From: Phoronis australis
Taxonomy: Eukaryota; Animalia; Phoronida
Assembly (NCBI GenBank): GCA_002633005.1
Contig: NMRA01000427.1
Span: 62,001-126,000, forward strand
Reading direction: 5' to 3'
Length of the DNA stretch: 64,000 nt
Under the pieces are notes generated by a model that was given only the letters and a program-made list of their open reading frames with translations, was not told where the DNA came from and searched no databases. This document shows positions 62,761 through 64,000 of this stretch, piece by piece (position 1 is the stretch's first letter; the number at the start of each line of letters is the position of its first letter). The position numbers were made by a program, and so were the translations under genes.

Positions 62761-64000
62761 TCATACGCAATAACCGTGCGACTCGCATACGCCCATCGCA
62801 TGAATCTGGCAAGTTAAGCAATAGCTTGCGTGCAATGAACTTCGGGATTTTGTGAAAGCGCTCGTGAGAAACGTTATGTTTCTGCTAAGCAGTATTTGGC
62901 AATAGGACGGTCTCGGGTAGAAATCTCTTTTATCCTGGAAGTTGGAAAACACGTTGTTTCATTGGTCTCGTTTTAGAAATTATTTCAGGAATATGGTATC
63001 CACGGACACTTATCACATTTATCCAACTTTCTGCTGTCGGAGTTACAACCCAAAGCACAGCAGTAAAACCTCGCTGGCATAGCGGGAGGTCAAATAGATT
63101 TGATGCAGCCGAAAAAAATGAAGAAATTAAGGCACCAAGATGATACGAGAAAGATGGGTAAATACCGCGACACACCTGTCCGTGTAATCCGGGACAGCCC
63201 TTTTTACAGAATAGAGCTCTTCATCACCAAAGTTACAGTTCAAGTAAACTGACTGAGATGCACTAAAAAACCCTTTAAAAGGGAAGGCAGCCGCTTTAAG
63301 ATCACTGCTGGTTACAATACGATTTTTGGGTATCTCAGAAAGAAATAAGGTTGAAAATAGCAGTAGGCTCTAATTGAGTACGGCAGTCCGAGAGTGTGGT
63401 TCGGTGGCCAAATCGTTTTCCAAATAATTTCAATTTCCGTATGCTTACTTCCTGTAAAAATTCATGCGCAGCTGACTTTAAGGGTGCCAAATGCATCGAT
63501 TTCACGAAATAAACGGAACAGTCGTAAACCAAATGTATTGAATCCAAGGAATATGTTATTAATTCAAAGTTTGGAAGTCACCACAAATTTTGAAAAGGAA
63601 TTTTTTGATAAATTTTTATGACTTTAATACTCGTTGTGGCGACTTTTTGGCGACTTGCGATTTTCCCAGGTCGCCAAACATACTTTAAAATCGCATTGGG
63701 GTGCTGCACGCAGATCGCAAATCGCGCATATCATGTGAACAATAGATGCTGGGATAAGATCTGGGCCTCGAATGTCACTTTGGGATCGAGTTCCTTTTGT
63801 ATAATTAATAAGAACCCAAGGAGTTAGGATTGATGTAAAACATTTCAAGGTTAATCAGGCAATCTCGTTTTAACCAAATATAGCGCTAAGCCGGTTGTTT
63901 TCCTCTTTAAATAACAGATAGAATTACCATCGTCAGTTCAAAGCAAGATGCGTTTGTCTATGGTTTTACTGGACCACCCCTAGATAACTGCAAAGATTCC

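Overview
AT-rich eukaryotic (invertebrate-like) genomic DNA, almost entirely non-coding and repeat-derived; most ORFs in the supplied track are spurious. The only host coding sequence I can support is the first 84 codons of a class A (rhodopsin-like) peptide-type GPCR on the minus strand at the left edge, so the rest is probably its 5' intron/upstream region. Mobile DNA I recognise: a decayed LINE (ORF1, APE endonuclease, start of RT), an RTE-type LINE 3' end, two unrelated TTAA-flanked Kolobok-type DNA transposon deletion derivatives (each with a THAP gene and a convergent P2X7-ballast/KolX-like gene), an inverted pair of Penelope GIY-YIG fragments, a Helentron-associated-like element with a higher-order tandem array of CTCF-like motifs, several MITEs and microsatellites. 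The strongest window-wide signal is a large excess of TACATGTA and TACAGTA/TACTGTA words. At two sites a paired copy shows a plain TA, and at two more the LINE reading frame implies one, as expected for Tc1/mariner excision footprints. A 1-kb tandem duplication joined by a single N is probably an assembly artefact. All alignments and counts were done by eye.
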